64,000 nucleotides of DNA from Vezdaea acicularis (taxonomy: Eukaryota): assembly GCA_026025075.1 (NCBI GenBank), contig JAPEUI010000038.1, forward strand, positions 1 through 64,000, in the 5' to 3' direction. The notes below the pieces were generated by a model. The model saw nothing but the letters and a program-made list of their open reading frames with translations. It did no database searches and was not told the DNA's origin. Shown one piece after another: positions 37,909-51,712 of this stretch. The translations under genes and the position numbers were made by a program. The stretch's first letter is position 1, and the number at the start of each line of letters is the position of its first letter.

Positions 37909-38904
37909 GGTGGAGAATATGGGCTGATCGCCAGGGTCGGAACGCGCGTTCAATCTCACCGTTTCAGTCCCCCTTTGCTTAGAGCGAGGAGCTGTTGGAC
38001 CCAGAGATGCTCGGGCTTGGCTGAGCGATTCGTGCTCTCGGCGTGCTTTTTGGCGTTTCAGTGCGTCGACTCAGTACTTGATACTGGTTGGCGGAAAGCA
38101 TTGCGCAGACGCGTTTAGGAAGCGCTGCGACCAACGACCCAATCGATGGCCCAAATAGCGAAACAGACGCAGGGAAGCGCGAGACGGCGTCAGATTCCAT
38201 GCTCGGGCTTTCAATGGCGTATGTCGAGTTTCAGAATTGTTGAGTTAGGAGCAGTCACAACGTATAGCCAACCTGTTTTCTCCCTGTTCCATGCCCAGAA
38301 CCTATTTGATGCAGTGAATTATTGGTCTGACGTGGTGGCCGCCTCCAAAGCCCCCTAAGGCGCCATTTCAAGCAGAGCATCGGCAAGCCCTCAGGTGCGA
38401 ATTCCGAGAGCAGCTAGCGGAAGCGCAGTAGAACCGTGGCCGGGAAGGGGTTTGGGCCGGGGTCTGCAGGAGTGGCTTGCAGGAGACGCGCGAGAGCATG
38501 CCCACACCTTCTTCAGACAGCGTCCCTCAGGCGATAAAAGAAAGAAGCAAGTCGAGATGCTCACACTACGCTGGGGAGAGACCTCTGTCCACTGCATTCC
38601 GCACAACAGCAACTCCCATTCTTTGACCAAAAGTCATCATCATCAGTCACTACATCTTCGTGCCGTAGACTTTCACACGCTGCTTGAAGCACTCCTGCAC
38701 TAGTCTTGCTGGCGACCCACACTTTCGAGGCTCCACACTCTGTTTTCTCGCCATTGCCTGTGTTTATTGATGGCCATTCCGCACACATCTGCTCTACAAC
38801 GTCACTGAAAAACCTCCACATCAATCAAAGTCCAATATCGTTCAGTGGTGGAACACACTTCGAAGAATCACCTATCAAAGCGCAGAATTAACTAGTACAT
38901 CGAG

Positions 38905-40321
38905 ATGCTGGTCAACAAGAAGCTCGACCGCTTCAAGCAATGGGCGGGGGAGCGTATGGGCGCGGAGGCCAAGACAAACGTCTCTGAGGACTTTAAGGCG
39001 TTGGAAGCAGAGATGGGTTTGAGGCATGAAGGTAAGGAATTGTCATTCAAGGGCTAAAAGGTCCCCCCACGGACGTAAGCTGACTCCGAATAGGAATGGA
39101 ACGACTTCAGAAGTCTATGACAACTTATGTCAAGACCCTTTCGAAGCGTAACGAGGCGGAAGACAAGGAGAAGGTGCTTCCGGTTACGAACCTCGGATCT
39201 ACGATGATCAGCCACGGCGAAGACTTCGAGCAAGATTCAGAATTCGGGAACTGTCTATCAAGTGAGTACCCTCCGCTTCACCTAAATCTGACGACGGCAA
39301 CTGAGCATGCCTAAAACAGTGATGGGCCGTGCAAATGAGCGAATTGGTAGAGTTCAGGAGAGCTACGTTCAGACTGCAACCTCAAGCTGGCTTGAGTCGC
39401 TTGAACGCTCGCTAGCTCAGATGAAGGAATATCAAGCTTCACGCAAAAAGCTTGATCAGCGACGCCTCGCTTACGATGCATCTCTGTCGAAGCTGCAAAA
39501 GGCCAAAAAGGAGGACTTCAGGGTGGAGGAAGAACTTCGATCTCAGAAGGCAAAGTACGAAGAATCCAGCGAGGACGTTCTCCGCAGAATGCAGGATATA
39601 AAGGAGTCTGAAGCGGAGAGCGTGGCAGACCTTGGGGCTTTCTTGGACGCAGAACTGCACTATTATGACAAGTGCAGGGACATTCTATTGCAATTGAAGG
39701 AGAACTGGCCAGCCCAGTAAGTCTTTCCTTTTGCATGCAATCTTCAATTCTGAGATGTTCCTCAGGCAGGCGTCCCCTACCAGCAGCACCGGCCGCTATG
39801 ATCGATCTCGCGGCAATACGGCCCAGATATATACCACCCGGGTCGAGGAGCCCTCTGAAAAGCTACAGCCTCGGCCTTCTATCCGATCTAACCGGGCGCC
39901 TTCGACCTCTAGCACTCAGGGCTCGCCTCCAAGAGATACTTACCTGAACCGACCTATCGCCTCTCGGCCGCTCGCAAGCAGGTCCAGCACCTTCGAAGGG
40001 CCAACTGCCCTCCGCGATAGTTCTCCAACTCGGAGTGTAGCGATGCACCGAGTGCCAACAGATCCCTCAGTTATCAATAGTGGCCGCGCGAACCTCCGAC
40101 AGGTGGAAGAACAGCCCGACGGCTTTAGCAGCCCAGAGCGATCACTCACCCCCCGTTCTGCGTCGCCTTCAACCTCGTACGGAAGCCTCACTCCCGCTAG
40201 CTCTGTGGGGGTCCGAAGGGGCCCACCGCCGCCTCCGCCATCACGGGCTAAGAAACCTGCACCTCCTCCACCACCAATGAAGAGAAGTGGATTGAGCTCT
40301 GCGAACGTGCTTCAAGCTTAG
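38905..40321 (+). CDS. BAR-domain protein with Pro-rich C-terminus
   Basis: MLVNKKLDRFKQWAGERMG, coiled coil with SWLESLERSLAQMKEYQ..RKKLDQRRLAYDA, and PPPPPPSRAKKPAPPPPP. Three introns. Confidence 0.88.
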
Positions 40322-40965
40322 TGCGAACATATCTTTGAGGGCGAGACGAGCGTTGGGAGTATGGTCTTATGGCTCGTGTTAGTACCTGATACGGAGGACA
40401 CTACTTCCACATCTGCTCATGGAATCTGACACTGCGTCGTTGAACAAGTACACGGGTTCACACTCCTGAACTCTATTTCTGGGGCGTATAAAAGGCGCTG
40501 GGTAGGCGTTGGGACCACTCAGCATACAACAGAAGCTGTGCTCTAGACTTCGCGCGCGAGTAACACAGACGCGTTGAAATCAATGGAAAGGGTTCACAGG
40601 GCGCTCTCGCGTTATGTATGGAGCAATCTGCGGGCCGTCACAAAAGTGGAGTTTTGGGTGATGGATTTTCATGGGTTTTATGGTTTGCACATAGGTTGCT
40701 CTATATGTAGCAGTAGTATAGGACTATCACATAGGCTGCTGGTGCAGCTGTGCAGAATCTATAGACCGTGCTGATAAACTCTTTACTTTGTCGGATAGAG
40801 AGTTCCAGCTTGCCTGCCAGCTTGGAGAATCTGGTGGCTTCTGTTGACTTGAAGTGAAACCGAGCTTCGTCCACTCACTTCAAGAAGGTGTGTTCGATGG
40901 CGTCGATACCGCAGGCGGCAACGTTTGCATCTTGCAGTAGATGCGCCGACCTTCGTCTACTCACT

Positions 40966-42968
40966 CTATGAAAGTGTGTTCGAAGGCATGGACACTGCAG
41001 GCGGCGACGTTTGCATCTCTTGCGGTAGATGCGTCATAGGCAGCTCCTCATGGCCGATTGGTGCTTTCCGAAACGCAATCGCCCCCCCATTTTCTTCCAG
41101 TGGTAGAGGACGGGGCAATTCCGCAAGACCTACAGGCTGATTGCCGTTGATATTTGTCGTCTTGCCCTCCTCGCTTCCTTCCGGTGTAAGCTGCTGAACG
41201 GCCTTTACTCCATTTTCGCCGTTGACTTTCGGGCCCTTCTTTACCTTCAATTGAACCACTAGACTCCTATGCTGCGGTCGGTCGTCCTCACTCATCATGT
41301 CTTCGTCATCGTCCTCGTCCATTTCCTCGACACTATCTCCCTTCCCGTCGTCCTCGTCCTCGTAATCGCCAGCGTAGTCCTCGGCATCTCCACCGCTGGA
41401 TGCAGCGTCTGATTCCTCGTCCATCTCATCGACGGAGTTATAGGTCTCGATGTGGTCTTCTCCCTTCGCCCACCCGTTGACTTCCTTCCGCGAGGCAGAG
41501 CGCCGAGGCCGACCGTTGGTGAGTAGCTCGTCTTCCGGCCCATCAACTCCCGCTTCAGTCTCTGCAGAAGGCGCAACAGTTCCAGAGCCGCGTGCACCAG
41601 TGACAGTCTCACCGTACATACCACCAACCCTGCTCCTTACTTGCCGCCCGCTTGCCGTGAAAGTCGGCCCTGCATCCTCCTGCGGGGTGACAACTCCAGA
41701 GCCTCGGGTTGACCTCCTTGTACTTGGTGCTTCAGAATCATCCTCATCAGAGTATGTATACTTCATACGCTTGCCTCTGGTTCGCCCCTCATACAGACTA
41801 AAGCCCAGCTCCGGCCGTGTGAAGCGAGCCCGTTGAGCAAGCCTATATTCTCGCCTCTTTCTCTTCTCGTCCGTTGCCTCGAAACGTGGTATCGCACTGT
41901 AGATGCTATGAGCCAACCTTCTCCCGGCCTGTCCACCCTCGGTCTCTAATTGAACAGCTGTAGCCTTCATCTCATCGATAGTTCCAGCAACACTCCACCA
42001 CGTGTTCTTTGCGCGCGCTGGATTGGACTCGCGGTATAGCCGGAACGATGTGTCATCCTGACCCTCGATTAGCCAGTACCGTCGCTTCTCACTGTCACGG
42101 CCCCAGGGCTGCACGCTGAGCGGCTGGTTGAGGTCGTCATCGTGTCGAGACTGTTTGTAGGCGTCCTTAATCTTCACCTGGACAGCTTCTGATGAATGGA
42201 GAGACCACAGGACGAGCGTCTTTAGTAGCGTGAGTCTTTCTGTTGGTGACATTGTGTGGAAAGAACGCCCGCCATTGATTGGGTTTGTACCATTCCAGGC
42301 TCTCGGCCATTGTGATTTATGAGTTGAGATAGCTTCTTCAAGAGCTCTTGTATATTGCCCCCTTCTGTTTTGAAATGGTCTATTAGCTTCTAATGCTTGA
42401 ATTGATTGTGTTTGCTTCTCAATTGCCGTCATGGAAATGTTTTAGCGATTGGGCGAGGTTATGTTGAACTTACTCTACGTTCTTCTTCCGGTTTAGCACT
42501 AGCCCTAACAAAGCACACAAGTAATTTTCTACTTGCTCTCCTGGCACAGTATCCACGACTCCTCTTTCAATATCTTGTGGGCCATAGTGCATTAATGATT
42601 TTGGGAATACCTCGCTGAAGCGAGAGCGAAACATAACGAGAAACTGATGCATACGCGAACTCGTTAGCCAATGACTTCAAAAGCAGCCTCACGCGCAGTG
42701 AGCGCGAACGAATCATCTCTGGACGTGAGATTTGACCTGGAATACGTACGGCAATGTCGGGATTGTCTGCTAGGACATATTCGTGCGGTGGTGAAGGCTC
42801 ACGCTTTCTTGAGGGCGGAGGACTTGAGCTTGGCTGTTTCTTGAGCTTGGCTTTGCCAGCCGAAGGTGTGAAAAAGTTGCGGATGTCGTCCTTTTTTGAG
42901 AAATCTGGTGGACTTTCATCATCGGTCAATGGAGCTGAAGATAGTCCAGAACTATCTGAATGAGACAT
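40966..42968 (-). CDS. WHIM1/DDT-like chromatin-associated protein
   Basis: PPHEYVLADNPDIA|FLVMFRSRF, LLGLVLNRKK, ERLTLLKTLVLWSL, PWGRDSEKRRYWLIEG, SLYEGRTRGKRMKY, acidic tail. Three exons. Confidence 0.82.
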
Positions 42969-43563
42969 GATGGCGTAGTCGGGGGAAACGTTGCCGGCAT
43001 GTAGGTTGATGAAGAGTTGATGTTGGAGGGCGAAGGAAGAAGGACTAGGCACTCTGGACGTCTAAGGGTTGTGGCACGTCAAATTCACGCGTACTTATGT
43101 CGTTTTACACGCTACTCCCTATGCTATGTTTAACACTCGAATAATACCAATATGCATCCCGCATCTTGAGCCTCCGACATATAGAGACATAGTCACGTGC
43201 TTTCCATGTTCATTGGTGGTGAAAGCTCTAACCAAGTATGCAGAAGAACAGAGGGATTTTATGGATCTTCTGAGAGGCGCAATACGAAGGGTTCCACCAC
43301 TCGCTTAAGTCTAGTAGTGAAGTTGAATCATGTCATTCAGTTTTTGGAGGACTCGCAAGCGTAGGTCTAACCCTCGCTAAGCGCAAGTTTGAAACCCACA
43401 TATTTCCTACGAACATCGCTTGCCAAGGGTAACGGATAAGGTAGATCTATTCCTTTCGACATCCAGCAAGACGCTTTGTAAGACCGCCTCTGAATCGGAA
43501 AGCGATGGCTTGTTGATATCTCGAGGGCCTCGACTGACTGAAAATTAAAACTCGCAGGTCAGA

Positions 43564-44508
43564 ATGGGTAGAGTTATCCGCAATCAGAGGAAGGGTCGTG
43601 GATCAATCTTCAGTAAGTCTTTAATAGCTCTCAGCAACACCGAGAACGGTCCGTCTTGAATACCACTAAGTGCTGCTGCAGCGGCCCATACTCGTCTCAA
43701 CAAAGCTCCTGCGAAGTTTCGGACACTCGATTATGCTGAACGACATGGCTATATTCGAGGGGTGGTAAAAGAGATCATACACGACCCTGGCCGTGGAGCA
43801 CCACTCGCAAGAATTGTTTTTCGGGACCCTTATCGATTTAAACTACGTACTGAGACTTTTATTGCCAATGAAGGCATGTATACTGGCCAATTCATCTATG
43901 CCGGCAAGAATGCGACTCTCAACGTCGGAAATGTACTTCCATTAGGTGTTGTGCCTGAAGGTACCGTCATATCGAACGTTGAGGAGAAGGCTGGTGATCG
44001 AGGTGCATTGGGAAGGACATCTGGCAACTACGTTACAGTTGTTGGCCATAACCCAGATGAGGGTGTCACAAGAGTCAAGCTACCGAGTGGCGCAAAGAAG
44101 GTCATCAAGAGCACAGCTAGGGGTATGATCGGCATTGTAGCAGGAGGTGGTCGGACTGATAAGCCGCTTCTTAGTACGTTTACCTGTATCGTGGTCAACT
44201 GTTTTGACGTAAATGCTAATGACATTCGCAGAGGCATCTCGTGCGAAGCATAAGTTTGCTGTCAAGCGTAATTCGTGGCCCAAGACTCGTGGTGTTGCTA
44301 TGAACCCTGTCGACCATGTAAGTACCTTGAATTATTACCACAGCTGTAGCTTCGCTGACAATACAAATAGCCTCACGGAGGTGGTAACCATCAACATATC
44401 GGTAAAGCCTCGACAATATCACGCTACGCCGCTCAAGGACAAAAAGCTGGTCTCATTGCTGCTCGGAGAACAGGTCTACTCCGCGGTACTCAAAAGACTA
44501 AGGATTAG
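43564..44508 (+). CDS. RPL2: 60S ribosomal protein uL2 (L2/L8)
   Basis: [16 protein letters not shown]|..[55 protein letters not shown]. There is also a probable 5'-UTR intron 43441-43557. Confidence 0.98.
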
Positions 44509-44719
44509 GGGTAACTGGCGCGTAGCAAGTGAGGAATGCATCGAGGAAGAATGCATGGTATATGTATTACGGGTGGGCTGCAGCCTACGGGCTTCGAATA
44601 AGGACTAGGACAACCGTACCAGATCCTTTTAAGTGCCAAAAGACTTGATGCATAATTTGTGCAAGACAACATCGTCATCTGAATGGGTATCATTGTCAAG
44701 CGCCGAAAGACAATACTCT

Positions 44720-45717
44720 TTATCTTGAGCTAAATCCACCCTTCCCCCTTCCGCGGCCAAATCGAATGCTTGGTGGCACGAACTTTAGAGCTGACATAGA
44801 GGAAGCTAAATCTGACATGTCCTCGTCCTTAATTTCAGGCTTTGCTGGTGACTTGCTCATTGAACTGGTTACAGTAGTCGAGTCCCCCAAAGATTTATCC
44901 CCCTTTATGTCAGGAGTTTCCCCAGTATTTGCGTCCATTACATCTGGCTTGTCCCCTTCTTCACCCTTTATGGCCTCCTTTATCCCGCTCATGGATTCAA
45001 TGGTGGTGGCCGGTGAGACGAGTGAACTTCGCTGCCTAGCCCGCTCTGCAGCAGAGCTCTTCCTCCTATGTCCTTGTCTCGATCTGAGCATTGTCCTCCT
45101 CTTATCTATGCCGTCATTTACAACGAAGAAATCATATTCCTATACATGTCATATTAATCAGTAGAGCTCAAGAGTGATGAGCATGAAAATAAGCTTACTC
45201 TAGGAAACATGTGTTTATCGATCAGGTGTCTTCTGCGTTTCTCAGGAGCAGAGCACACCCTATCACAGTCTTCGACGAAGCATCGATACTACGCTCGCAG
45301 GTCAGCTGAGAATTTCTGTCTTGTCTCCGCAGTACGTACAATTTTCTCCCCTTTGGCCTTTCGCGCTTCGTTTAGTGGGTCATGGTTCTCTTCTATGTGA
45401 AGCTCTAGAAAATGAGCCGTGGGAAAGTTGTTGCGGCATTCTGAACATCGATTTACGTGGAACTGTGCATAGTGTACCTCAAAAGCGTCATACGAACTAA
45501 AATGTATGGCCTCTCGGTGCGGAGGAAGTGCACATTGCATTACTTCGATCTCCTTGTTGCTCTGCGAAACTTCTAAGTGCTTGTACTTTCTCAAAGGAGC
45601 AGATGCTTCTTCTACATCTGCTCGGGACTCAGCTTCTGGTGAGGATACCGCGTAAGGGGGCGAAGAAGCTGTATCCGCCGAAGATGAGACGGAGTCTTCT
45701 CGTGAGCGCTTGACCAT
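44720..45717 (-). CDS. C2H2 zinc-finger protein, ZNF511-like
   Basis: MVKRSRED start, CALPPH..YEVHY-type motif, CSECRNNFPT.HFLELHIEENHDP, a spliced CFVEDCDRVCSAPEKRRRHLIDKH exon, and the C-terminal LKFVPPSIRFGRG. Confidence 0.82.
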
Positions 45718-46502
45718 TTTTGAGGTGATGACGAGAGCTTTACTTGTTGTGTGCAGTTTTCCCTCTCGCAAAACATCCAAACTAGTGACTTGAAGTATCC
45801 GGGAGTAATTGATTCAGAGCTCTCTTGAATAAGATAAGACGATCAATTTGGATAAATGAAATAGACCGTCTGGAGTTTTTAGAGAAAACCCGAGGTGATC
45901 GAGTTGAAGGGCATAAATTTGCTATTTGGATTGGCCTTCGTACGAGCAACGTCCGGAGCAGGAATTATGGATTGATACGCATATCAAAATTTCTCTAGGG
46001 TTTTGCCAACATAGCCCTTTCGTTTCTCCTCCTTCAGACGTCGGAGCTGTCACCGACGCCAGTAGAAGCTTCGGGTTTGAGCGAATCAGAACCTCCAATG
46101 CGGGTCGGGCCAATGCATTGACGGGCCCGGAGAACCAATACGCTAAACCTAAAAAGTGATAATCTGGAACACTTTAGGCGAGAACTTATTGAAAAGAGAT
46201 GTCTTTGCGCCGGGCTTCAAGAAGAAGTCTATTGTACAATTTCTGACTGTATTACGCTATTGTCTTCATCAGCCCCCCTTAATGTGTTTCATGATCGTTG
46301 CTGAGTCTCAAACTTTTGTAGCTCACTCCCACTGGCCTCACTGGACTCTTCCTCTTCCTCCCGCTCTCAACAACCCCCGCATCACCTCCCCTCATCCATG
46401 GAGCGCGCCAGGATAACACATCCTCTAACCCGCAATACCTTTATCTGACCACAAGGCTGACCGTGGTGTCGCCAATGAGACCTTTCTGGAAATCCAAGAG
46501 CT

Positions 46503-49246
46503 ATGGCTTCGCAAGCTGAGGGCTTCTGGCAGTATGTACCTACCTGCCGAATTGCGTTTCAATTCGAGAACTTCTAGTTGATGCCCCGAGTAGAGTTACT
46601 CAACAACTGGAACTTGAAGTTCTTGCTAGAGCATTAGATACCAACTACCCCACCCAGAATATCCTAGAGGATCTACATCAGTATGACTATCAGTCTGCTG
46701 GTCGATGGTTCCGAGCTGACTATTCAAAGACTCCGCTTGGCCTGTGAAAATCTGCTTTTCGCTGATTTCGACTTCGGCACGTCTAAGAATATTGGAGACA
46801 GGCTCTGGGAGGTTCACGGGAAAGTTAAGAGCCGATTTCGCAAAGCTCATCAGAAGGTCAGTGATGCATGGACCTTCGGTTAAGTGGTTCTCGCACTGAT
46901 AGATCCAGCTTCGCATCGGTAACAATGTCGTCCTTCGGAAATCTCTCAAATTATTCCTTGACTTCATCAAAGATTCTCAGCGCTTCTATAGAGGTTACAT
47001 TCAGCGTCTGAACTCACATTTTGGCGGTATACCAGAGCTTGAGACAGTTGCCGCTAGATTCAAGTTTGATAGTGGGTGAACATTCTCCTGCTTGAGGCTC
47101 AATAATGACAGCTTCTTAGACATTAGCAAACCTAAGGCCGTCGTATCGAGTCCGCAGACGCAGCATGCCATACTCCTTTCTTGTCACCACGCATTGATTT
47201 GTCTTGGTGATTTATCTCGTTGGCGGGAAACAGAGAATGTCTCTAAAGAGCGTAATTGGGGACCGGCCATTGGATATTACGACCTTGCTGGTGCAATTTA
47301 TCCGGCCTCAGGAGCGTCTCATAATCAGCTTGCTGTCATTGCTTTAGTCGAAGGCAACCACCTTCATGCCACGTATCACCTTTACCGTGCCCTCGCCGTG
47401 GACGAACCTTATCCTCTCGCCGGCGAGAATCTAGGAGTCGAGTTCAAGAAGATTAGCGTCGCTTGGAGTAAAGGAGAGCTGATACCACGGAGCCGAAACG
47501 CACAGGAAAACGCGGCCAACTCGTTGCTCGCATGGTTTGTGAGGCTTCATGCTCGCTGCTTCAAAGGTGACGAGTTCTCCGAACGCGATGAGCTAGAGAA
47601 TGAGGTGTTGAGTCGGCTGGCTACGGAAGTAAAAGAACGAGCTCTCAATGCTGTTCTCCATAAATTTGTCTTGATCAATACTGCAGCTCAGTATTATGCG
47701 GGTGTGCGACTACAACGTGAGTATTGCTGCCTAGCCTTCGATCGATGCCCGCTAATCGTCATATCAGAGGAACCAGAGAATCAGACTAATTTCAGCTCCT
47801 TCTTCTATTATGTTCGCTTGAATGTCAAGACCTTCCTCACACTCCTCCAGGTCCTCCAACCTGAGCTTGAGCGCTACTTGGCGTCTGAAGCGAGCCTAGA
47901 GAAAGATGATCCCCCCTTCGAAAGAATATCGGCCGTAACACGCCGAATTCTTCCAGCACTTCGGCACTATAGCTCATGGCTATTGTGTCATTCTGACGCC
48001 CTGCTTAGCCAACATGGAGATAATGCCTTGCATGTACAGATTAAGGGATTGTGGAGAGCCTACGCTAACTCGTTGACGTTACTGGCCGCGACCTTCCCTG
48101 TTTCAGATTTACCTGTCGTTCATTACCTTCTAGAGGAAGATGATGATACACTTGGCTTCAAACCCTTCTGCGATGCTGAGTACCGAGAAGCTAGTCAACG
48201 TCGTTATTATGTCGGAGGACGAGTGAAGCCCAGGTTTCATGACCCTGGGGTTGAGAGAAACCACCCCAATACCGAGATGATGTCAAGAATTCGGGACTTC
48301 TTGGCGGACGGTCTGGAGTTAGTTGTTGGCCAGGTAGGTTGAAGTTAAATGACTAGGCCATCAAGCGTTTGCTTACATCCTCTAGCATATTCCCATCGAG
48401 CTAGCCGATGGCGGCACGTTCATCTACCAAGAACCGGATATACCTTCAGAGCTCCTGGCGCGGCCTCTTACAAGCAGCACCAATCCTTCTCTAGCCGGCG
48501 ACTTGGGCCCCAAATCCCAGACGAACGGCGCAGTTTTGCACACCCCAGCCATTGATAGAGCCAGCAATATTGCCCGCTCGAGCAAGCTCTCAGCTTCCGC
48601 CAGCGAGTTCGTGCACACACCGAGGACGTCTGCCCCCCACTCGCCCTCCCCAATGGCTTCCTCTACCCACCCGCGACAACCGACAGGACCTCCGCTTCTC
48701 TTCGGTCAAGGACCAGTCTATCCCCCACTCGCTCCCCAATCATCCAATCCCACAGAAGCTGTCGAGTCGACTTCAATATCCGATGAAATGACAAAGATGG
48801 TATCCAACCTCGTGGACGACGACGACGCCAACGACTTCAGCACCACCAACTCGCCTAGTCTACGCGGCAGCACCGATTTCGCGAGCGTCGGAAAGCGCAC
48901 CCCCACTCTCACTCCTGGAGGCCAGTTTGGGGAGCCGCCGGATCAGGTGGCGCTTAAGGGCGGACGAGCCTTGCCGAGCGTGCTGGGCACGGCCTTCACA
49001 CCTGTGGTCCGACAGCAACAGCAACAGCGGAGTGTCAGCTCGCCCATGCTCGCTTCTGCAGGAACGAACAGCAGCCCTAGCCGGTTTGGAGATCCGAGTA
49101 CATCCTTCTTCGCTAACTCCACGGACAGCGCGAAAGGGCAGACACGGGGAATGTCCGGTGCTCTCGAGCATACGAGGATGTACTCTGGGGGAGATGAGTT
49201 TGGGGGGTGGACGTCGCTAGGGGACCAGGGCGGCTGGAAGGGTTGA
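46503..49246 (+). CDS. Est1/Ebs1/SMG7-like TPR (14-3-3-like) protein
   Basis: Spliced from MASQAEGFW|. Motifs RFYRGYIQRL, LICLGDLSRWRE, YYDLAGAIYPASGASHNQLAVIA, YHLYRAL of the EST1 DNA/RNA-binding domain; low-complexity tail. Confidence 0.85.
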
Positions 49247-49562
49247 AGACCTTCCCCCCACCCCCCAAAACAAGATTCTCACGACCGACAAACATCCACC
49301 AAGAGTAGTTGACGAAACTATGACTCAGTCGAAATCCGCACTAGTTGATGAGCGCGCAGGCTAGAAAAGGACTTTTTCGGCATTCTCGAGCGATGCTACT
49401 CTATGCTAACCCGCCGTCCCAACGCCGCTCTATCAGGTTCTGATATCCCATGCATCGTCGGCTTTTATGCGCGCCCTCTGCTGCTGTCGTTGTTGTTGAA
49501 AACAGTTCAGTCCGTCCACCGCCTAGCGCCACGCCATGCACACGATCCTCATCAAGTCGTTT

Positions 49563-51155
49563 CTAAGACGGGGCTGCCTGGGGATGGTAGGTCTTCTTAG
49601 GGAATGGGTAGCTAGTGAGAAAAGGGTGTCAGCTATCTGTGCGCTCAACAGAGTTTGCGTTACCGAAGAGGGGAGAAGTGATGGAAGATGCCTAGAGGGG
49701 AGAGGGGTGCTAAATTGCGAGATTTCCCTTTCCTCTTCCTCTTCCTCTCTCCCTTTAATTTTTCCCTTTCCCGATATTTCCGACGATTTTCTCTTTTCTT
49801 TTAGACTGGCATCGTGCATAAGCTCTCCAAAGAGACTCGTCCACCACAACGAGAAGGGGTAGTTGACGCCGAGCAAGCGTTGCCAATAGCACACTTCGAT
49901 AACGAACGAATGGATAAATGAATGAACGAACGAACGAAATTCCAAGCCGTACCTTGGACCCAATTCGCGAATGCTGAGACTCGCAAGCCAATGCCCCATA
50001 TCGACGCACACATCCAGCGGCTTTCCCTCGACCACCCCGGCCATGAAACCGCCCGCGAACGCGTCCCCAGCTCCATTCGTATCGTTGATCTCACTCGCGC
50101 TAATCTCCCGCACCTTGTAGCTCTTGACGCTGTCCTCGCCCTGCACCGCCACGAGCGTCGGCTGCGTGCCTTGGGTGATGATGGCCACCCTCTTGCGCGC
50201 CGTGTTCTTCTTGGGGAGGTTCGCTAGGTGCTTCGTTATGGCTGAGATGTCCTTGGTGTCAAGGGAGTGCGATTCGGCGTACGAGAGGGCTTCGGTCTCG
50301 TTGCCGATGATGTAGTCCCAGTAGGGTGCTGTCTCGTCAAGTTGGGACTTGAAGAACTGCGGTATGAAGGGGGCGGAGAGGGAAAGGGCGAAGATCTGTT
50401 CGGAAGGACTTGGTTAGTCTGGCAGGGGATACAATTTTCTGAGAAGGGGGACGCGCCTTGTTCTCCTTCGACGCCTCCTCTGCCAACGCCAGGATTGCAG
50501 GCACGCATACGGTCAAATGGTATCCCCCGACAAAATATACCTTTGCCGCCTTGACCAGCCGCCAAATCTTGTCGCTCTTCAAATGTGACTCCTTGTAGAG
50601 ATTCGCCGCCGCTAGATCTGTGCACATACTCCGTTCCTGACCCGTGATCACGACCCCACACCTCCCTGTCGGGACTTCTGCATCTTCCAGATACTCAACG
50701 TGTAGTCCCGCGTCATCACATGCCTTATGTAAGATATCAGCGTATTTGTCCTTACCGACGCAGCCGATGAAGAGGGTGGAGTGAGGTGGGAGAATGTATT
50801 GGGCCCCGCGGGCGGTGTTCTGGGCTGCTCCGCCTGCAATCAACTTTGCGGAGTAGTTGGTGAGTAGGTCCTCGTAGATGGGCTTGTGCTTGTCCTCGGC
50901 GAGAATAGCGTCATTGGCTTTGAGGCCATATTTTTGGAGAAGAGCTTCGTTTCTGGGAACGGAGTGTCAGTTAGAGAGGGCATAGTGAGAGGGGTTGAGT
51001 GGTAAGGGCGGGGTGAGCGTAAGCTTACCCTTGGGCTTGGATGTCTGTGGGAGGCGTTTGTTAGCCATTGATCGATATGGAGAGTTGGGACGTAGATACA
51101 AACCTAGCAGCGGGTTCTCTAAGCAGAGGAGAGCGTATCCTTGGGTTGAAGTCAT
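49563..51155 (-). CDS. ADO1: Adenosine kinase (PfkB family), 5 exons
   Basis: LLCLENPLL|DIQ, AGGAAQNTARGAQY, PTGRCGV, LSLSAPFIPQFF, IGNETEA, DTNGAGDAFAGGF, and the last exon (S)YPFPKKTYHPQAAPS*. Confidence 0.96.
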
Positions 51156-51712
51156 GGCGAGACAATGTTGTGGTCGGGATGTTAAAGATTGGATGATGAT
51201 GGTGGGGTTGAAGATTGGGGTCTGATATAATTTAGCCGAGATCGGACATCATTGCTTACGGTCCCTGCGATATGATACGGCCGAGTGTACCACCTCAATT
51301 CACGAAAATGAGGCAGGACGTTAAGCACGTAAAGGAAGGATAGCAGTTGTACGAGCGGTGTTGCGTTCTGTCCTATCCTATTCTGGTGCTAGCTAAGCAT
51401 GCAGTATGGTCCTTGACCATGCGACGAGGAGTCCTATACCATGAGCGTTCTACCCGGTTCGCTCTTCAAAGATACGGTAAAACAATGAGAGGATGTGAAG
51501 GCTTATACAGAGGATCTTGAGTATGTGGGGGGGCTATGGTCCCTGGACCTGCTACAATAATACGTAGTACCTCCGACGAGGCTATGTGCCGATAGCTTCA
51601 ATCCCTACTCAGCAAGAGGGAGCAGGAACGAGAACCACCCAGCTCTTGACTGAAGTGCGTCTCCCGCGCTATGATTCCCTCATATTCGATTAACCATTTT
51701 CCGGGGTACCAT

